A stretch of DNA of 64,000 nucleotides from Sphingomicrobium sp. (lineage in GTDB: Bacteria > Pseudomonadota > Alphaproteobacteria > Sphingomonadales > Sphingomonadaceae), in NCBI GenBank assembly GCA_039933195.1, contig JBDTON010000067.1, forward strand, positions 5,033 through 69,032, in the 5' to 3' direction. The translations under genes were made by a program, and so were the position numbers. Shown here one piece after another: positions 18,418-28,610 of this stretch. Positions within the stretch are counted from its first letter, which is position 1. The number at the start of each line of letters is the position of its first letter. A model generated the notes under the pieces. The model searched no databases and was not told the origin of the DNA. It saw nothing but the letters and a program-made list of their open reading frames with translations.

Positions 18418-21400
18418 TCACTCCGCTGGAACGGCGTGACCTGCGCGGTGCGCATCGGCGCCGACGAAGCGATGGAACAGCTTGCCGATCCGGGACTCGA
18501 TCGAGATTGCGATCGAGAAATAGGCGGGCACCAGCAGCAGCGTCAGGATCGTCGAAAAGATGAGGCCGCCGATCACCGTGATGCCCATTGGCGCGCGCCA
18601 GCTGTTGTCGCCGCTGATCGATATGGCGGTCGGGAGCATGCCCGCGACCATCGCCACGGTCGTCATCACGATCGGCTGCGCGCGCTTGTGGCCGGCTTCC
18701 CAGATCGCCTCGTCCTTCTTCATTCCCTGGTTCATCATCTCAACCGCGAAATCGACCAGAAGGATCGAGTTCTTGGCGACGATTCCGAACAGCATCAGGA
18801 TGCCGATGAGCACGAACAGCGAAACCGGTTGCCGGGCGACGTGCAGCGCCGCCGCCGCGCCCAATGGCGCGAGCAGCAACGATCCCATGTTGACGAATGG
18901 CGCGAGGAACCTGCGGTAGAGCAGGACGAGCACTGCGAACACCAGCAGCACACCGGCCATCAAAGCGATCGCGAAATTGAACAGCAGCTCGGCCTGCCAC
19001 TTCTGGTTCCCGAGGTTCATCTTTTGAACACCTTGGGGCAAGTTCTTCACGGTCGGAAGCTCATTCACCTTGGCCCAGACATCCCCTTCCACAACTCCGG
19101 AAGCGAGATCGGCGCCAACGGCCATCCGGCGAAGTTGGTTCGAACGGTTGATCGTTGTCGGCCCAGAACCGAAACCGATCTCGGCGACGGCCCGCAACGG
19201 AACGGAGCCGCCGCTCGACGTCGGGACCGGCAGGTTCTTGAGTGTCTCGATGTCGCGCCGGGATTCTTCCGAGAGAGACACGGTGATCGGCACCTGACGA
19301 TCCGACAGAGAGAATTTCGCGCTGTTCTGCTCGATGTCGCCAAGTGTTGCGATTCTGATCGTCTGGCTTAGCGACGCGGTGGTCACGCCTAGGTTCGCCG
19401 CCAAATCCAGGCGCGGCTTGATGGTGATCTCCGGTTGCGCGAGATTGCTTCCGACCCGCGGAGCGCGCAGCCCCGGAACGCCTTCCATCTCCTTGGCGAT
19501 CTGGTTGGCGACCTTGGTTAGCTGCTCGGGATCGTCTCCGCCAAGATAGAGCATGATGTCGCGCTGATCCGGATCGGGCCCGCCGCCATTCTGGCTCTGG
19601 AAGCTCACGCGCGCATCGGCGATCGTCGCGAGCGTCGGCGACAGCGCCCGTTGGAACTCGGTGCTGGTGACCTTGCGGTCTTTCTTGAGGACGATGCTGA
19701 CCCGCCCGTTGCCGACATTGATGCGCTCGAACACGCGCAGGACGCTGGGATCCTTGGCGACGATTGCCGCGACCTGGTCGACCACTGCTTCGGTCTGCTT
19801 CAGAGTCGTGCCTGGCGCGAGGGTGACGTTGACTCTGGCAAAGTCGTCGTTCTCCGGCGGGAAGAATGACAGCGGCAGAGTGCCGAAGAGCATGACGCTC
19901 ATCAACAATGTCTCGATACCGGCCCCGACCATGATGATGCGGTGATCGGCGAGCAGGGCTCTCCACTGCCCGAGCAACATTCCGTCGTACCAGCGCGCGA
20001 ATCGGCTATCGGACCGACGCATGAGGAATGCGATCCCCTTGCCCACGCCATAACCGGCCGCGACGCCAACGTGGAACGCGATCACGAAATTGATCGCGCC
20101 AGGCATGCCGACAGGACCGAGCGCTTTCATGGCTGCGCCCGTCCCGGCGAGGAAAGCGGCCACGACGATCAGCAGGAGCAGTCCGCCCAAAAGATAGTAG
20201 AGGGCGCGGCCCAGCCCGCGCGTTAGCCGCTCGCGGATTGCGTGCGCCTTCCTCGTGTCGAGGCTCCAGTTGAGGACCTTGAGGTACGAATCCATCCACT
20301 TCCACGCCGCGTGCGGTTGGACGCCGTGCGAGCGCAGGAAATAAGCGGCGACGAGCGGTGTGATCATGCGGGCGACGAGCAGGCTCATCAGCACCGACAG
20401 AACGACGGTGAAGCCGAACGCTTTGAAATATTGGCCCGCGATTCCCGGCATGAGCGCGACCGGCAGGAAAACGGCAACGATCGCCATCGTCGTGGCAAGC
20501 ACCGCGAGACCGATCTCGTCCGCAGCGTCGAGCGAGGCCTGATATCCCGATTTGCCCATCCGCATGTGGCGCACGATGTTCTCGATCTCGACGATCGCGT
20601 CGTCGACCAGGACTCCGGCGACCAGGCCCATCGCCATGGTCGACATGAAGTTCATGGTGATGCCCATCATGCTCATGAAGGCGAAGGCCGGGATCGCTGA
20701 CAGCGGGATGGCGATCGCGGAAATCGCTGTCGCTCGAATATCGCGGAGGAAGAGAAGGACGACGAGGACCGCGAGCACGGCGCCTTCAATCAATCCTTCC
20801 ATCGCCGAGCGGTATTGCGCCTTGGTGTAATCGACTCTGTTGACGATTTCGGAGAAGTGGACCTTCGGGTTTTCCTGCTCGACCTTCTTCAGCTCGGCCA
20901 GCCCCGCGGCATAGGCCGAAACCTCGGACGAACCCTTGGCCCGCTGCACATAGAATGAGACGACCTGGCGGCCATCCATCTTGGTGAGCGTGCGCTGCTC
21001 GGACGACGAATCCTTGACCTCGCCAAGATCGGCGAGCTTGACGAAGCGGCCGCCGGGAAGGGCGATCTGCGTTTGCGACAGCTGATAAGCGTCCTGCGCA
21101 TTGCCGAGCACCCGCACCGACTGTTCGGAACCGGCGATTTCGGCGCGGCCGCCGGCGCCGTTCATGTTGCTCTGACGAAGCTGCTGATTGACTTGCGCCG
21201 CGGTGATTCCCTGCGCCTGGAGCGCGGCCGGATCGAGGATCACGCGGATCGTTCGGTCGACTCCGCCGCCGCGTGAAACGGCGGCAATCCCCGATACGCC
21301 CAACAGGCGCTTGGCCACGGTATTGTCGATGTACCAGCTCAATTGCTCGAGCGTCATGTCGGTGGTCTCGGCCGACATGACCATGATTGGATCGTCCTCC

Positions 21401-21807
21401 GCATCGATGCGGGTGATCTGCGGTTCGAGAATTCCATCGGGAAGATTGCTGCGGATTTGCGAAATCGCGTTGCGCACATCGTTCACAGCACGATCGGGCG
21501 GAGTGCCGAGCTGGAACTGCACGAAGGTCGTGCTGTTGCCCTCGACGACGGTGCTGCTCATCTCGTCGACGCCGTTCACTCCGCGGATCGCCGATTCGAC
21601 GCGCTGGGTGACCTGAGTTTCCATCTCGTTCGGGGCCGCGCCGGGCTGCGAGACCGACACCAGGGCGGCCGGGAAGTCGATGTCCGGAGCGTTGTTGACC
21701 TGCATCCGTGCGAACGCGATCAGTCCGGCAAGCATCAGCCCGACGAACAACACGATCGGAAAGACCGGGTTACGAATGCACCAGGAGGAGATGTTACGGA
21801 AGTTCAT
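18418..21807 (-). CDS. RND efflux permease (AcrB/HAE1-like)
   Basis: GVLVDDAIVEIENI, GIVAKNSILLVDF, PIVMTT. Confidence 0.95.
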   Translation of the reverse strand: MNFRNISSWCIRNPVFPIVLFVGLMLAGLIAFARMQVNNAPDIDFPAALVSVSQPGAAPNEMETQVTQRVESAIRGVNGVDEMSSTVVEGNSTTFVQFQLGTPPDRAVNDVRNAISQIRSNLPDGILEPQITRIDAEDDPIMVMSAETTDMTLEQLSWYIDNTVAKRLLGVSGIAAVSRGGGVDRTIRVILDPAALQAQGITAAQVNQQLRQSNMNGAGGRAEIAGSEQSVRVLGNAQDAYQLSQTQIALPGGRFVKLADLGEVKDSSSEQRTLTKMDGRQVVSFYVQRAKGSSEVSAYAAGLAELKKVEQENPKVHFSEIVNRVDYTKAQYRSAMEGLIEGAVLAVLVVLLFLRDIRATAISAIAIPLSAIPAFAFMSMMGITMNFMSTMAMGLVAGVLVDDAIVEIENIVRHMRMGKSGYQASLDAADEIGLAVLATTMAIVAVFLPVALMPGIAGQYFKAFGFTVVLSVLMSLLVARMITPLVAAYFLRSHGVQPHAAWKWMDSYLKVLNWSLDTRKAHAIRERLTRGLGRALYYLLGGLLLLIVVAAFLAGTGAAMKALGPVGMPGAINFVIAFHVGVAAGYGVGKGIAFLMRRSDSRFARWYDGMLLGQWRALLADHRIIMVGAGIETLLMSVMLFGTLPLSFFPPENDDFARVNVTLAPGTTLKQTEAVVDQVAAIVAKDPSVLRVFERINVGNGRVSIVLKKDRKVTSTEFQRALSPTLATIADARVSFQSQNGGGPDPDQRDIMLYLGGDDPEQLTKVANQIAKEMEGVPGLRAPRVGSNLAQPEITIKPRLDLAANLGVTTASLSQTIRIATLGDIEQNSAKFSLSDRQVPITVSLSEESRRDIETLKNLPVPTSSGGSVPLRAVAEIGFGSGPTTINRSNQLRRMAVGADLASGVVEGDVWAKVNELPTVKNLPQGVQKMNLGNQKWQAELLFNFAIALMAGVLLVFAVLVLLYRRFLAPFVNMGSLLLAPLGAAAALHVARQPVSLFVLIGILMLFGIVAKNSILLVDFAVEMMNQGMKKDEAIWEAGHKRAQPIVMTTVAMVAGMLPTAISISGDNSWRAPMGITVIGGLIFSTILTLLLVPAYFSIAISIESRIGKLFHRFVGADAHRAGHAVPAE

Positions 21808-21832
21808 GATTCAACTGCTTTCCTGGAACGCT

Positions 21833-23014
21833 TCAGCGTGCCGCCTCACGCCGCGGATTGATTTTCTGCCCCGGATTGAGGAATGGCCCGGCCGAGAGCA
21901 CGACCGCTTCATTGCCTGAGAGACCGGCGCCGATCGTCACGCCGCTGTCGCTAACGCTGCCGATTGTGATGTTGCGCCGCTCCACCTCGTTCTTGCCGTT
22001 GACGATGTAGACGTAATTGCCCTTGTCGTCGCTGAGCACGGCGCTCTGCGGAAGCAGCGGCGCAGTGGTGGCGCCGGCGGTGATCCGCGCCTCGGCGAAA
22101 CCGCCCGGCTTTACGTCCGGCGTGTAGGGGATGGCGATCCGCACCTGTCCCAGGCGGGACTGCGCATCGATCACAGGCGCGATCTGCCACACCGAGCCGG
22201 CAATATTCGTTTGCGCACCCACCGGAGTGACGCTCGCCGGCATCCCGACGTGCACGAAGGCAAGGTCCTGCTGCGCGAGCTGAGCGCGCATCTCCATCTG
22301 GCCGCCCTCGGCGAGACGGAACAGAGCACCGGAAGCCGGGCTCACGATCTGCCCAACCTCGACGTTGCGGGCGAGGATGAGGCCGGCGGCGGGCGCGGTG
22401 ACGTTAAGCTGTCCGATCTGGGCGCGGGTTTCGGCGAGCGTCGCCTGCGCTACCCGGACCTGGGCATAGGCCGCGTCGCGGGCGGCCTTCTTGGCGTCGA
22501 TCTCGGCCTTGGACACAAAGCCTCGGCCCTGAAGCGCGATGGCGCGCTGGTAATTGGACTGGGCAAGCGCTGCGTTGGCCCGGGCCGCTTCGACCTGAGC
22601 GGCGAGCTGAGCCGCCTGCTGAGCCTGCACCGACCGGTCGACGACGGCGAGCGCCTGGCCGGCATGGACCCAGCTCCCGGCGTCGACCAGGACGCGGATC
22701 ACGCGTCCGCCTTGGCCGGCGATTCCAACCGGCTGGTCGCGCTTGGCGGCGAGCGCCCCGCTCGCGCTGACCACACGGCTCACCAAGGTACGTCCGGGGA
22801 CGATCACGGTCACGGTTGGGGCCTGCCCGGCACCCTTGCCGCCTGCTGCCGCGGTCTGCGCATCCGGCTTGCTTCGGCCGAGCCCGAAGATCAGCAACGC
22901 TGCCACCAGGGCAAGGACGATAACCGCGCCAATGATCACCCAGCGGCGCCGGCGGGAACGGTCGGTCACCACCAGGGTGTCGGAGGTGCGTATCGAGGTT
23001 TCCCTGTTCATCAT
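21833..23014 (-). CDS. RND periplasmic adaptor (membrane fusion protein)
   Basis: N-terminal TM anchor, lipoyl-like G.V..V.V..G..V..GQ, helical hairpin. Lies upstream of the RND permease. Confidence 0.9.
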   Translation of the reverse strand: MMNRETSIRTSDTLVVTDRSRRRRWVIIGAVIVLALVAALLIFGLGRSKPDAQTAAAGGKGAGQAPTVTVIVPGRTLVSRVVSASGALAAKRDQPVGIAGQGGRVIRVLVDAGSWVHAGQALAVVDRSVQAQQAAQLAAQVEAARANAALAQSNYQRAIALQGRGFVSKAEIDAKKAARDAAYAQVRVAQATLAETRAQIGQLNVTAPAAGLILARNVEVGQIVSPASGALFRLAEGGQMEMRAQLAQQDLAFVHVGMPASVTPVGAQTNIAGSVWQIAPVIDAQSRLGQVRIAIPYTPDVKPGGFAEARITAGATTAPLLPQSAVLSDDKGNYVYIVNGKNEVERRNITIGSVSDSGVTIGAGLSGNEAVVLSAGPFLNPGQKINPRREAAR

Positions 23015-23208
23015 TCCCTGCCCAATTTCGCGAATCTGTGTCCTGGACGACTGTATTACCCAAATAAGGCACCGGGTGCAACAGGACGCGAGCAGGTTAA
23101 CATTGGCTACTGCTTTTCGACTAACGGTGGCACTTGTCCCGCGAGCGCGCGTTGCCGCGTTCATACTAAAGGTCGGTTGAACGACAGTAGACAACGAGGG
23201 GAAACGCG

Positions 23209-23487
23209 ATGCTGATGCCACTGCTCGATCCAAACCACAGCTGGCTTTGGTGGATCGTCATCGGAGGAATCGCCGGCGGGATCGCCAAGCTGCTGATGCC
23301 AGGGCGCGACCCCGGAGGGTGCCTGATCACCATTTTGCTCGGAATTGCAGGCGCTGTCATTGCCGGCTGGGTCGGCCATCTCGTGCACTGGTACGAGCCT
23401 GGAGAAGGGGCGAGCTTCGTCGGCGCGGTCGTCGGCGCGTTCATCCTTCTCCTCATCTACCGATTAATCGCGCGGCGCCGAGCATAA
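23209..23487 (+). CDS. GlsB/YeaQ/YmgE (transglycosylase-associated) membrane protein
   Basis: IAGGIAKLLMPG.DPGG and GAVVGAFILL. Confidence 0.85.
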   Translation: MLMPLLDPNHSWLWWIVIGGIAGGIAKLLMPGRDPGGCLITILLGIAGAVIAGWVGHLVHWYEPGEGASFVGAVVGAFILLLIYRLIARRRA

Positions 23488-23578
23488 GCGCCGATCTGGC
23501 AGGAAGCCTCGTTCAGGAAGAATCCATCGCGCTCGGGCGAACGCATGTGCCATGGTCATATTGGCCCGGGGACGAGAC

Positions 23579-24301
23579 ATGAAAAAGACATTCCTTGCAG
23601 TGCTGCTACTCGGCGCGGCCCTATTGCCGACGGCGGCCGAGGCGCAGCAGACGCCGAACATCACGCAGACGATCGCCGGCGCCCGGCTCGACATCAGCGC
23701 GACCGGAGAGGTCACTCGGGTCCCCGATGTCGCGATCATCTCCGCGGGCGTGGTGACCCGATCCGCGACCGCGACCGGCGCGATCCAGGATGCCGCCGAC
23801 CGGATGCAGCGCGTGCTCGCGGCGCTCAAGCGTGCAAGCGTCGAGGATCGCGACATCCAGACCAGCAGCATCAGCCTCAATCCCGAATACCGTTATGTCG
23901 AGAACCAGCCGCCCCAGCTCACCGGCTATACGGCGTCGAATCAGCTGACGATCCGCTTTCGCGATATCCGCAACTCGGGAAAGATCCTCGACGCTTTGGT
24001 CGGCCAGGGCGCCAATCAGATCAGCGGGCCCAATCTAACGATCGATAAACCCGAGGCGGCGCTGGATGAAGCTCGCGCAAGGGCCATTGCGACGGGCCGC
24101 GCGCGCGCCGAGCTCTATGCCCGGTCCCTGGGCTTGCGCGTCGCTCGGGTCGTGTCGGTCAGTGAGAGCGGCGGCTATGCGGTGCCCCCGCCCGCTCCGC
24201 CGATGGCCACGATGCAAATGGCTCGCGCCGCCGACACCAGCATCGTGCCCGGCGAGCAGAAGCTCCAGGTCACGCTGGCGATGACTTTCGAGCTGCAGTG
24301 A
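23579..24301 (+). CDS. SIMPL (DUF541) domain protein
   Basis: Signal peptide, PDVAIISAGV, DIQTSSISLNPEY, GANQISGP. Confidence 0.9.
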   Translation: MKKTFLAVLLLGAALLPTAAEAQQTPNITQTIAGARLDISATGEVTRVPDVAIISAGVVTRSATATGAIQDAADRMQRVLAALKRASVEDRDIQTSSISLNPEYRYVENQPPQLTGYTASNQLTIRFRDIRNSGKILDALVGQGANQISGPNLTIDKPEAALDEARARAIATGRARAELYARSLGLRVARVVSVSESGGYAVPPPAPPMATMQMARAADTSIVPGEQKLQVTLAMTFELQ

Positions 24302-24345
24302 AAAGAAAAGGGCCGCGCAGCTTGTGCCGCGCGGCCCCCGAAAAC
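24301..24345. terminator. Terminator hairpin between convergent genes
   Basis: GGGCCGCGC/GCGCGGCCC stem with an A-run on the left (U-tract for the minus strand). Confidence 0.65.
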
Positions 24346-24362
24346 AGAAATTCGCGCGGTAG

Positions 24363-24617
24363 CTAGCGCACTGTTCCCCTGCGGATCAGGTTGACGACGG
24401 CCAGCAGGATGACTGCGCCGACGAGCGACCACAAGAACATTTCGATCGAAAAGCCCTGGTTGATGTTGCCCTTGCCGAGCAGCAGACCGGCAAGGACGGC
24501 GCCGACAATGCCGACGACGACGTTGAGGATAATGCCCTGCTGAGCGTCAGTCCGCATGATCAGGCTCGCAAGCCACCCGACGACTCCGCCGACGATGAGC
24601 CAGATGATAATTCCCAT
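24363..24617 (-). CDS. GlsB/YeaQ/YmgE membrane protein
   Basis: MGIIIWLIVGGVVGWLASLIM. GGAGG RBS. Confidence 0.88.
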   Translation of the reverse strand: MGIIIWLIVGGVVGWLASLIMRTDAQQGIILNVVVGIVGAVLAGLLLGKGNINQGFSIEMFLWSLVGAVILLAVVNLIRRGTVR

Positions 24618-24677
24618 GAGCGTGTTCCCTCCTGTTTCTTCCGGCCCACATGGCAAGCGAGGCCGGTGCGGCATCAC

Positions 24678-24703
24678 GACGCGCGACGCGCCGCGGTTGT
24701 TCC
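24678..24703 (-). promoter_or_regulatory. Putative sigma-EcfG promoter
   Basis: GGAAC-N17-CGTC upstream of a GlsB-family gene. Confidence 0.5.
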
Positions 24704-24796
24704 GCATTTGTGAGGGTCTGTCCAGTTTTTGAGTTAATCCGCGGGCTTCCAAGCGGCGGAAAAGCTGGATCGGTAAGGGCCCGAAACGAGAGCTCC

Positions 24797-25096
24797 TTAG
24801 TAGCGCGCCTGGCGCTCGTACTGGTCGCGGTACTGCTTGATCCGAGTGACGCGCAGGCCCGGCATGCCGCTGCGGTCCACCGCTCGCTGCCAGCTGGTGA
24901 ATTCCTCGAGGCTCAGCGAATAGCGCTTGCAGGCTTCGTCGACGCTCATCAGGCCACCCGCGACAGCGGCGACGACCTCGGCCTTGCGGCGGACGACCCA
25001 GCGGGTCGTGCTCGGCGCCGGCAACGAGTCGAGCGTCAGCGGCTCGCCGAGCGGTCCGATAACCTGGGCCGGACGAATCTTCTGGTTCTCGAGCAT
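24797..25096 (-). CDS. sciP: CtrA inhibitor SciP (DUF1153)
   Basis: VIGPLGEPLT..LP...TRWVVRRKAEVVAAV and GLRVTR. Confidence 0.92.
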   Translation of the reverse strand: MLENQKIRPAQVIGPLGEPLTLDSLPAPSTTRWVVRRKAEVVAAVAGGLMSVDEACKRYSLSLEEFTSWQRAVDRSGMPGLRVTRIKQYRDQYERQARY

Positions 25097-25185
25097 TCCG
25101 TCACACCTGCTTAATCATTGACACTGGCTGTTGCTTAAGGCCGTTGCGTTGAAAATATTGTGAAACGCGGTGGTTAATCGCCTGG

Positions 25186-25407
25186 TTATTCGCCCTTACG
25201 CTCCTTTAACCTCGCCGCTTCCTCGGCGAACGCTCCGCCGAGCCGTTTCACTGCTTCCTGCCACCCGTCGCTCGCCGAAAGCGCGCAGGCGATGATGTCA
25301 TCGCGCGATTGCGCATCCTTCCCGTCCGCGCCGAGCAGAGCGAGCAGCTCGTCAAGGTTGAGCGATGCTTCCGCAGTCGAGCGAAAGTCCGCCTCGTGAC
25401 GCGCCAA
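25186..25407 (-). CDS. Small hypothetical protein (start uncertain)
   Basis: Helical, coding-like ORF filling the gap between sciP and mnmA. Confidence 0.4.
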   Translation of the reverse strand: MARHEADFRSTAEASLNLDELLALLGADGKDAQSRDDIIACALSASDGWQEAVKRLGGAFAEEAARLKERKGE

Positions 25408-25492
25408 GAATGCCCCCCTCGCTCAATGAACTTGATCCCGGTCTAGTCGCGAGGAGTGAAATTCGGGTAAAGACCGGTGCAAGAGACCTCCG

Positions 25493-26611
25493 ATGCGGAC
25501 AGATTTTCAGCTCGGCCGCCCCTCCGGCGATGCCCGAATCGTCGTCGCCATGTCGGGCGGCGTCGACAGTTCGGTCACGGCCGCGATCGCTGCTGCGACT
25601 GGCGCGGAGGTCATTGGGGTCACCCTCCAGCTCTACGATCATGGCGAAGCGGTTCGGAGGTCGGGCGCCTGCTGCGCGGGGCAGGACATTTACGACGCCA
25701 GGCAGGTCGCCGAGCGGCTCGGGATCGCGCATTACGTACTCGATTACGAGAGCCGATTCCGTGAGGGCGTGATCGACCGCTTTGTCGATGAATATGCGCG
25801 CGGGCGCACACCGGTGCCGTGCGCGTCGTGCAACCAGGGGGTGAAGTTCGTCGACCTGGTCGCCTTCGCGCGCGAGCTCGGGGCCGACTGCCTCGCTACC
25901 GGTCATTATGTGCGGCGGGTGGTCAATGATGGCCGTATTGAGCTGCACAAGGGCGCCGACCCGCGGCGCGACCAGAGCTACTTCCTCTACGGCACGACGC
26001 GCGAGCAGCTCGATTTCGTGCGCTTTCCTCTGGGCGACCTGCCGAAGGACGAAGTGCGCCGCATCGCAACGGAGCTCGGGCTCGAAGTCGCGGCTAAGCC
26101 GGACAGCCAGGACATCTGCTTCGTCCCCGACGGCGATTATGCCGGGCTGGTGAAGCGCGTGCGGCCCGAGACTGAAGCGCCGGGCGAGATCGTCGATCTC
26201 AATGGGGGGGTGCTCGGCCGGCACCGTGGAGTCGTGCATTTTACCGTCGGCCAGCGCCGCGGGATCGAGATCGGCGGAATGGCCGAGCCGCTGTACGTTA
26301 TTCGGATTGAACCCGAGCAGCGGCGGATCGTCGTCGGGCCGCGCCGAGCGCTCGCCGTCGAAGCCATGCGCGTTGGCGGTTGGAACTGGATTGGCGAGGA
26401 CCAGCGCGAGGTCGGTGTTAAAGTGCGTTCGCTAGCGTCAGCGGTGCCGGCCACGCGCGACGATGAATGGGTGCGCTTCACCCAGCCCGAGTATGGCGTC
26501 GCTCCAGGACAGGCGGCGGTCGTCTATGACGGCACGCGCCTCCTCGGCGGCGGGTCGATCGCGGCGACGGTCTCGGCTGAGCAGAGCTGCCTGGATGCCG
26601 CGGCCGCATAG
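25493..26611 (+). CDS. mnmA: tRNA 2-thiouridine(34) synthase
   Basis: [40 protein letters not shown]. Confidence 0.96.
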   Translation: MRTDFQLGRPSGDARIVVAMSGGVDSSVTAAIAAATGAEVIGVTLQLYDHGEAVRRSGACCAGQDIYDARQVAERLGIAHYVLDYESRFREGVIDRFVDEYARGRTPVPCASCNQGVKFVDLVAFARELGADCLATGHYVRRVVNDGRIELHKGADPRRDQSYFLYGTTREQLDFVRFPLGDLPKDEVRRIATELGLEVAAKPDSQDICFVPDGDYAGLVKRVRPETEAPGEIVDLNGGVLGRHRGVVHFTVGQRRGIEIGGMAEPLYVIRIEPEQRRIVVGPRRALAVEAMRVGGWNWIGEDQREVGVKVRSLASAVPATRDDEWVRFTQPEYGVAPGQAAVVYDGTRLLGGGSIAATVSAEQSCLDAAAA

Positions 26612-27059
26612 CGCCGGCATTCTCCTGTTCCGTCAGCGCGAAGGCGCGACGCAAGTCCTGCTGATCAAGCCCGGCGGACCCTTCTGGAAGAACAAGGACG
26701 CGGGCGCGTGGATGATCCCGAAGGGCATGGTTGAGTCTGGTGAAGTTCCTGCCGAAGCGGCGCTGCGCGAGTTCGAGGAAGAGACCGGGACTCGCCTTGA
26801 CGCGGTGCCGTTTCCGCTTGCCACGGTGCGACAGGCGGGCGGAAAGAGAGTGGAAGCTTTCGCAGTAGAGGGCGACCTTGACCCCGCCGCGATCCGCTCG
26901 AATACCTTCGAAGTCGAATGGCCGCCGCGCAGCGGACGCCGTCAAAGCTTCCCCGAAGTCGCCGAAGCGCGGTGGATGAGCCTCGCCGAAGCGCGCGCGT
27001 TGATGCTTCCGAGCCAGCTGCCGCTGATTGATGCTCTTGAAGCGAAACTGAAGGAATGA
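26595..27059 (+). CDS. NUDIX hydrolase
   Basis: SAGILL, PKG...[15 protein letters not shown]. Confidence 0.88.
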   Translation: MPRPHSAGILLFRQREGATQVLLIKPGGPFWKNKDAGAWMIPKGMVESGEVPAEAALREFEEETGTRLDAVPFPLATVRQAGGKRVEAFAVEGDLDPAAIRSNTFEVEWPPRSGRRQSFPEVAEARWMSLAEARALMLPSQLPLIDALEAKLKE

Positions 27060-27067
27060 GGTGAACA

Positions 27068-28168
27068 ATGCTTGCGTTCCTCGCCGCTCTATCACTGCAG
27101 GCCGCGCAAGCGACAGCAGTCCCGCCGCCGTCAGGATGGGGAGGAATGCCCGCCGCGCCTGCAACGCAGGTCTGGTCCACTTGCGAGGGCGAGATAATTC
27201 TGAAGGGCTTCCGTTTCCGCGACGGCGAAGTGCTGCCAGAGCTGCGGATGCACTACACAACACTCGGGCAGCCGCGCCGCGACGCATCCGGCAAAATCGT
27301 TAATGCGGTTATGGTGCTCCATGGCACTGGCGGCGACGGCAAGCAGTTCCTGCGGCCGCAATTCGCCGACGAGGTGTACGGGCCCGGCCAGCCGCTCGAC
27401 ATCCGCAAATACTGGATCATCCTTCCCGACAATGTCGGTCATGGGAAGTCGTCGAAGCCGTCGGATGGGCTTCGGATGCGATTCCCCAAGTACGACTACG
27501 ACGACATGGTCGAGGCGCAGTACCGGATGCTCCAGGGTCTCGGAGTTACGCAGCTGCGTCTCATCATGGGCACGTCGATGGGCTGTATGCACGCGTTCGT
27601 CTGGGGCGAGACGCACCCGAAGTTCGCCCGGGCGCTGATGCCGCTGGCGTGCGAGCCGATCGAGATCGCGGGCCTCAACCGCATGTGGCGCCAGCTCGCG
27701 ATCAGCGGAATCCAGGCCGACCCGGCGTGGCAGAACGGCAATTATGAAGCCGAACCGACGCAGGGACTGAGGACCGCGGAGTCGCTGCTGTTCATCGCCG
27801 GCTCCGCACCCCTGTATTATCAGGCCCAATATCCGAGGCGAGCCGCGGCGAGCGCTTATGCCGAGGACCGCGTGAACTCGGCGATGAAGGAGCTCGACGC
27901 CAACGACCTCATTCACCAGCTCGACGCGTCGCGGAATTACAATCCGTGGCCGCGGCTGGAGGCGATCACCGCGCCCGTCACCTGGATCAACTCGGCCGAT
28001 GACTTCATCAACGCGCGCAACCTGCGGTTTCCCGCAGAGGCCCTGAAGCGAATGAAGAAGGCGCAATTCCGGCTAATCCCGGAGTCTGCAGAGACGCGCG
28101 GCCACGGCACCCACACCTGGGCGAAATTCTGGAAGGCCGACCTTATTGCGCTTCTGGCGCGGTCGTAG
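27068..28168 (+). CDS. Secreted alpha/beta hydrolase, homoserine acetyltransferase-like
   Basis: Signal peptide, LHGTGG, GTSMG nucleophile elbow, NSADD, GHGTH. Confidence 0.8.
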   Translation: MLAFLAALSLQAAQATAVPPPSGWGGMPAAPATQVWSTCEGEIILKGFRFRDGEVLPELRMHYTTLGQPRRDASGKIVNAVMVLHGTGGDGKQFLRPQFADEVYGPGQPLDIRKYWIILPDNVGHGKSSKPSDGLRMRFPKYDYDDMVEAQYRMLQGLGVTQLRLIMGTSMGCMHAFVWGETHPKFARALMPLACEPIEIAGLNRMWRQLAISGIQADPAWQNGNYEAEPTQGLRTAESLLFIAGSAPLYYQAQYPRRAAASAYAEDRVNSAMKELDANDLIHQLDASRNYNPWPRLEAITAPVTWINSADDFINARNLRFPAEALKRMKKAQFRLIPESAETRGHGTHTWAKFWKADLIALLARS

Positions 28169-28610
28169 GCAGGTCGTAGGCCGAGACGTGGTTCATTGTG
28201 ATGAGCCACTTGCCATGGATTTTCCTGAAGAGGCGCGTGTTCACGCCCTCGGTAACCCGGGTGCCGCGCTGGAGCTGGTATTGGCCGATCAGCATCGCCG
28301 CGTCCGGCGCGAGAATATCCACCTTCATATTGTAGAAATGGAGCTTGCCGCGCCGCTCGGGTGAGCCGCCATAGTCGCGGACGTAATGGTCGAGCGTACC
28401 TTGCCAGCCCTCCTGGAACCTGCCGCCCGAGACGAAGACCACGTCGGGCTTCTTGAACCCCGCCATGTATCCGGCAAAGTCGCCGCGATTCCACGCCGAC
28501 TCCATTCGATCGATCACCGACAGGATGGCCGCGCGTTCCTTCGCCGGGCTTGCGGCCGAAGCGGGTGCGGCGATCAGCAGCAAAGCGAGCCCCGCCGCGA
28601 GCGCCTTCAC
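28143..28610 (-). CDS. Secreted NTF2-like (DUF4440/YybH) protein
   Basis: Signal peptide, AWNRGD...YM, W.I...HVS. GTGA overlap with the upstream gene. Confidence 0.8.
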   Translation of the reverse strand: MKALAAGLALLLIAAPASAASPAKERAAILSVIDRMESAWNRGDFAGYMAGFKKPDVVFVSGGRFQEGWQGTLDHYVRDYGGSPERRGKLHFYNMKVDILAPDAAMLIGQYQLQRGTRVTEGVNTRLFRKIHGKWLITMNHVSAYDLPTTAPEAQ

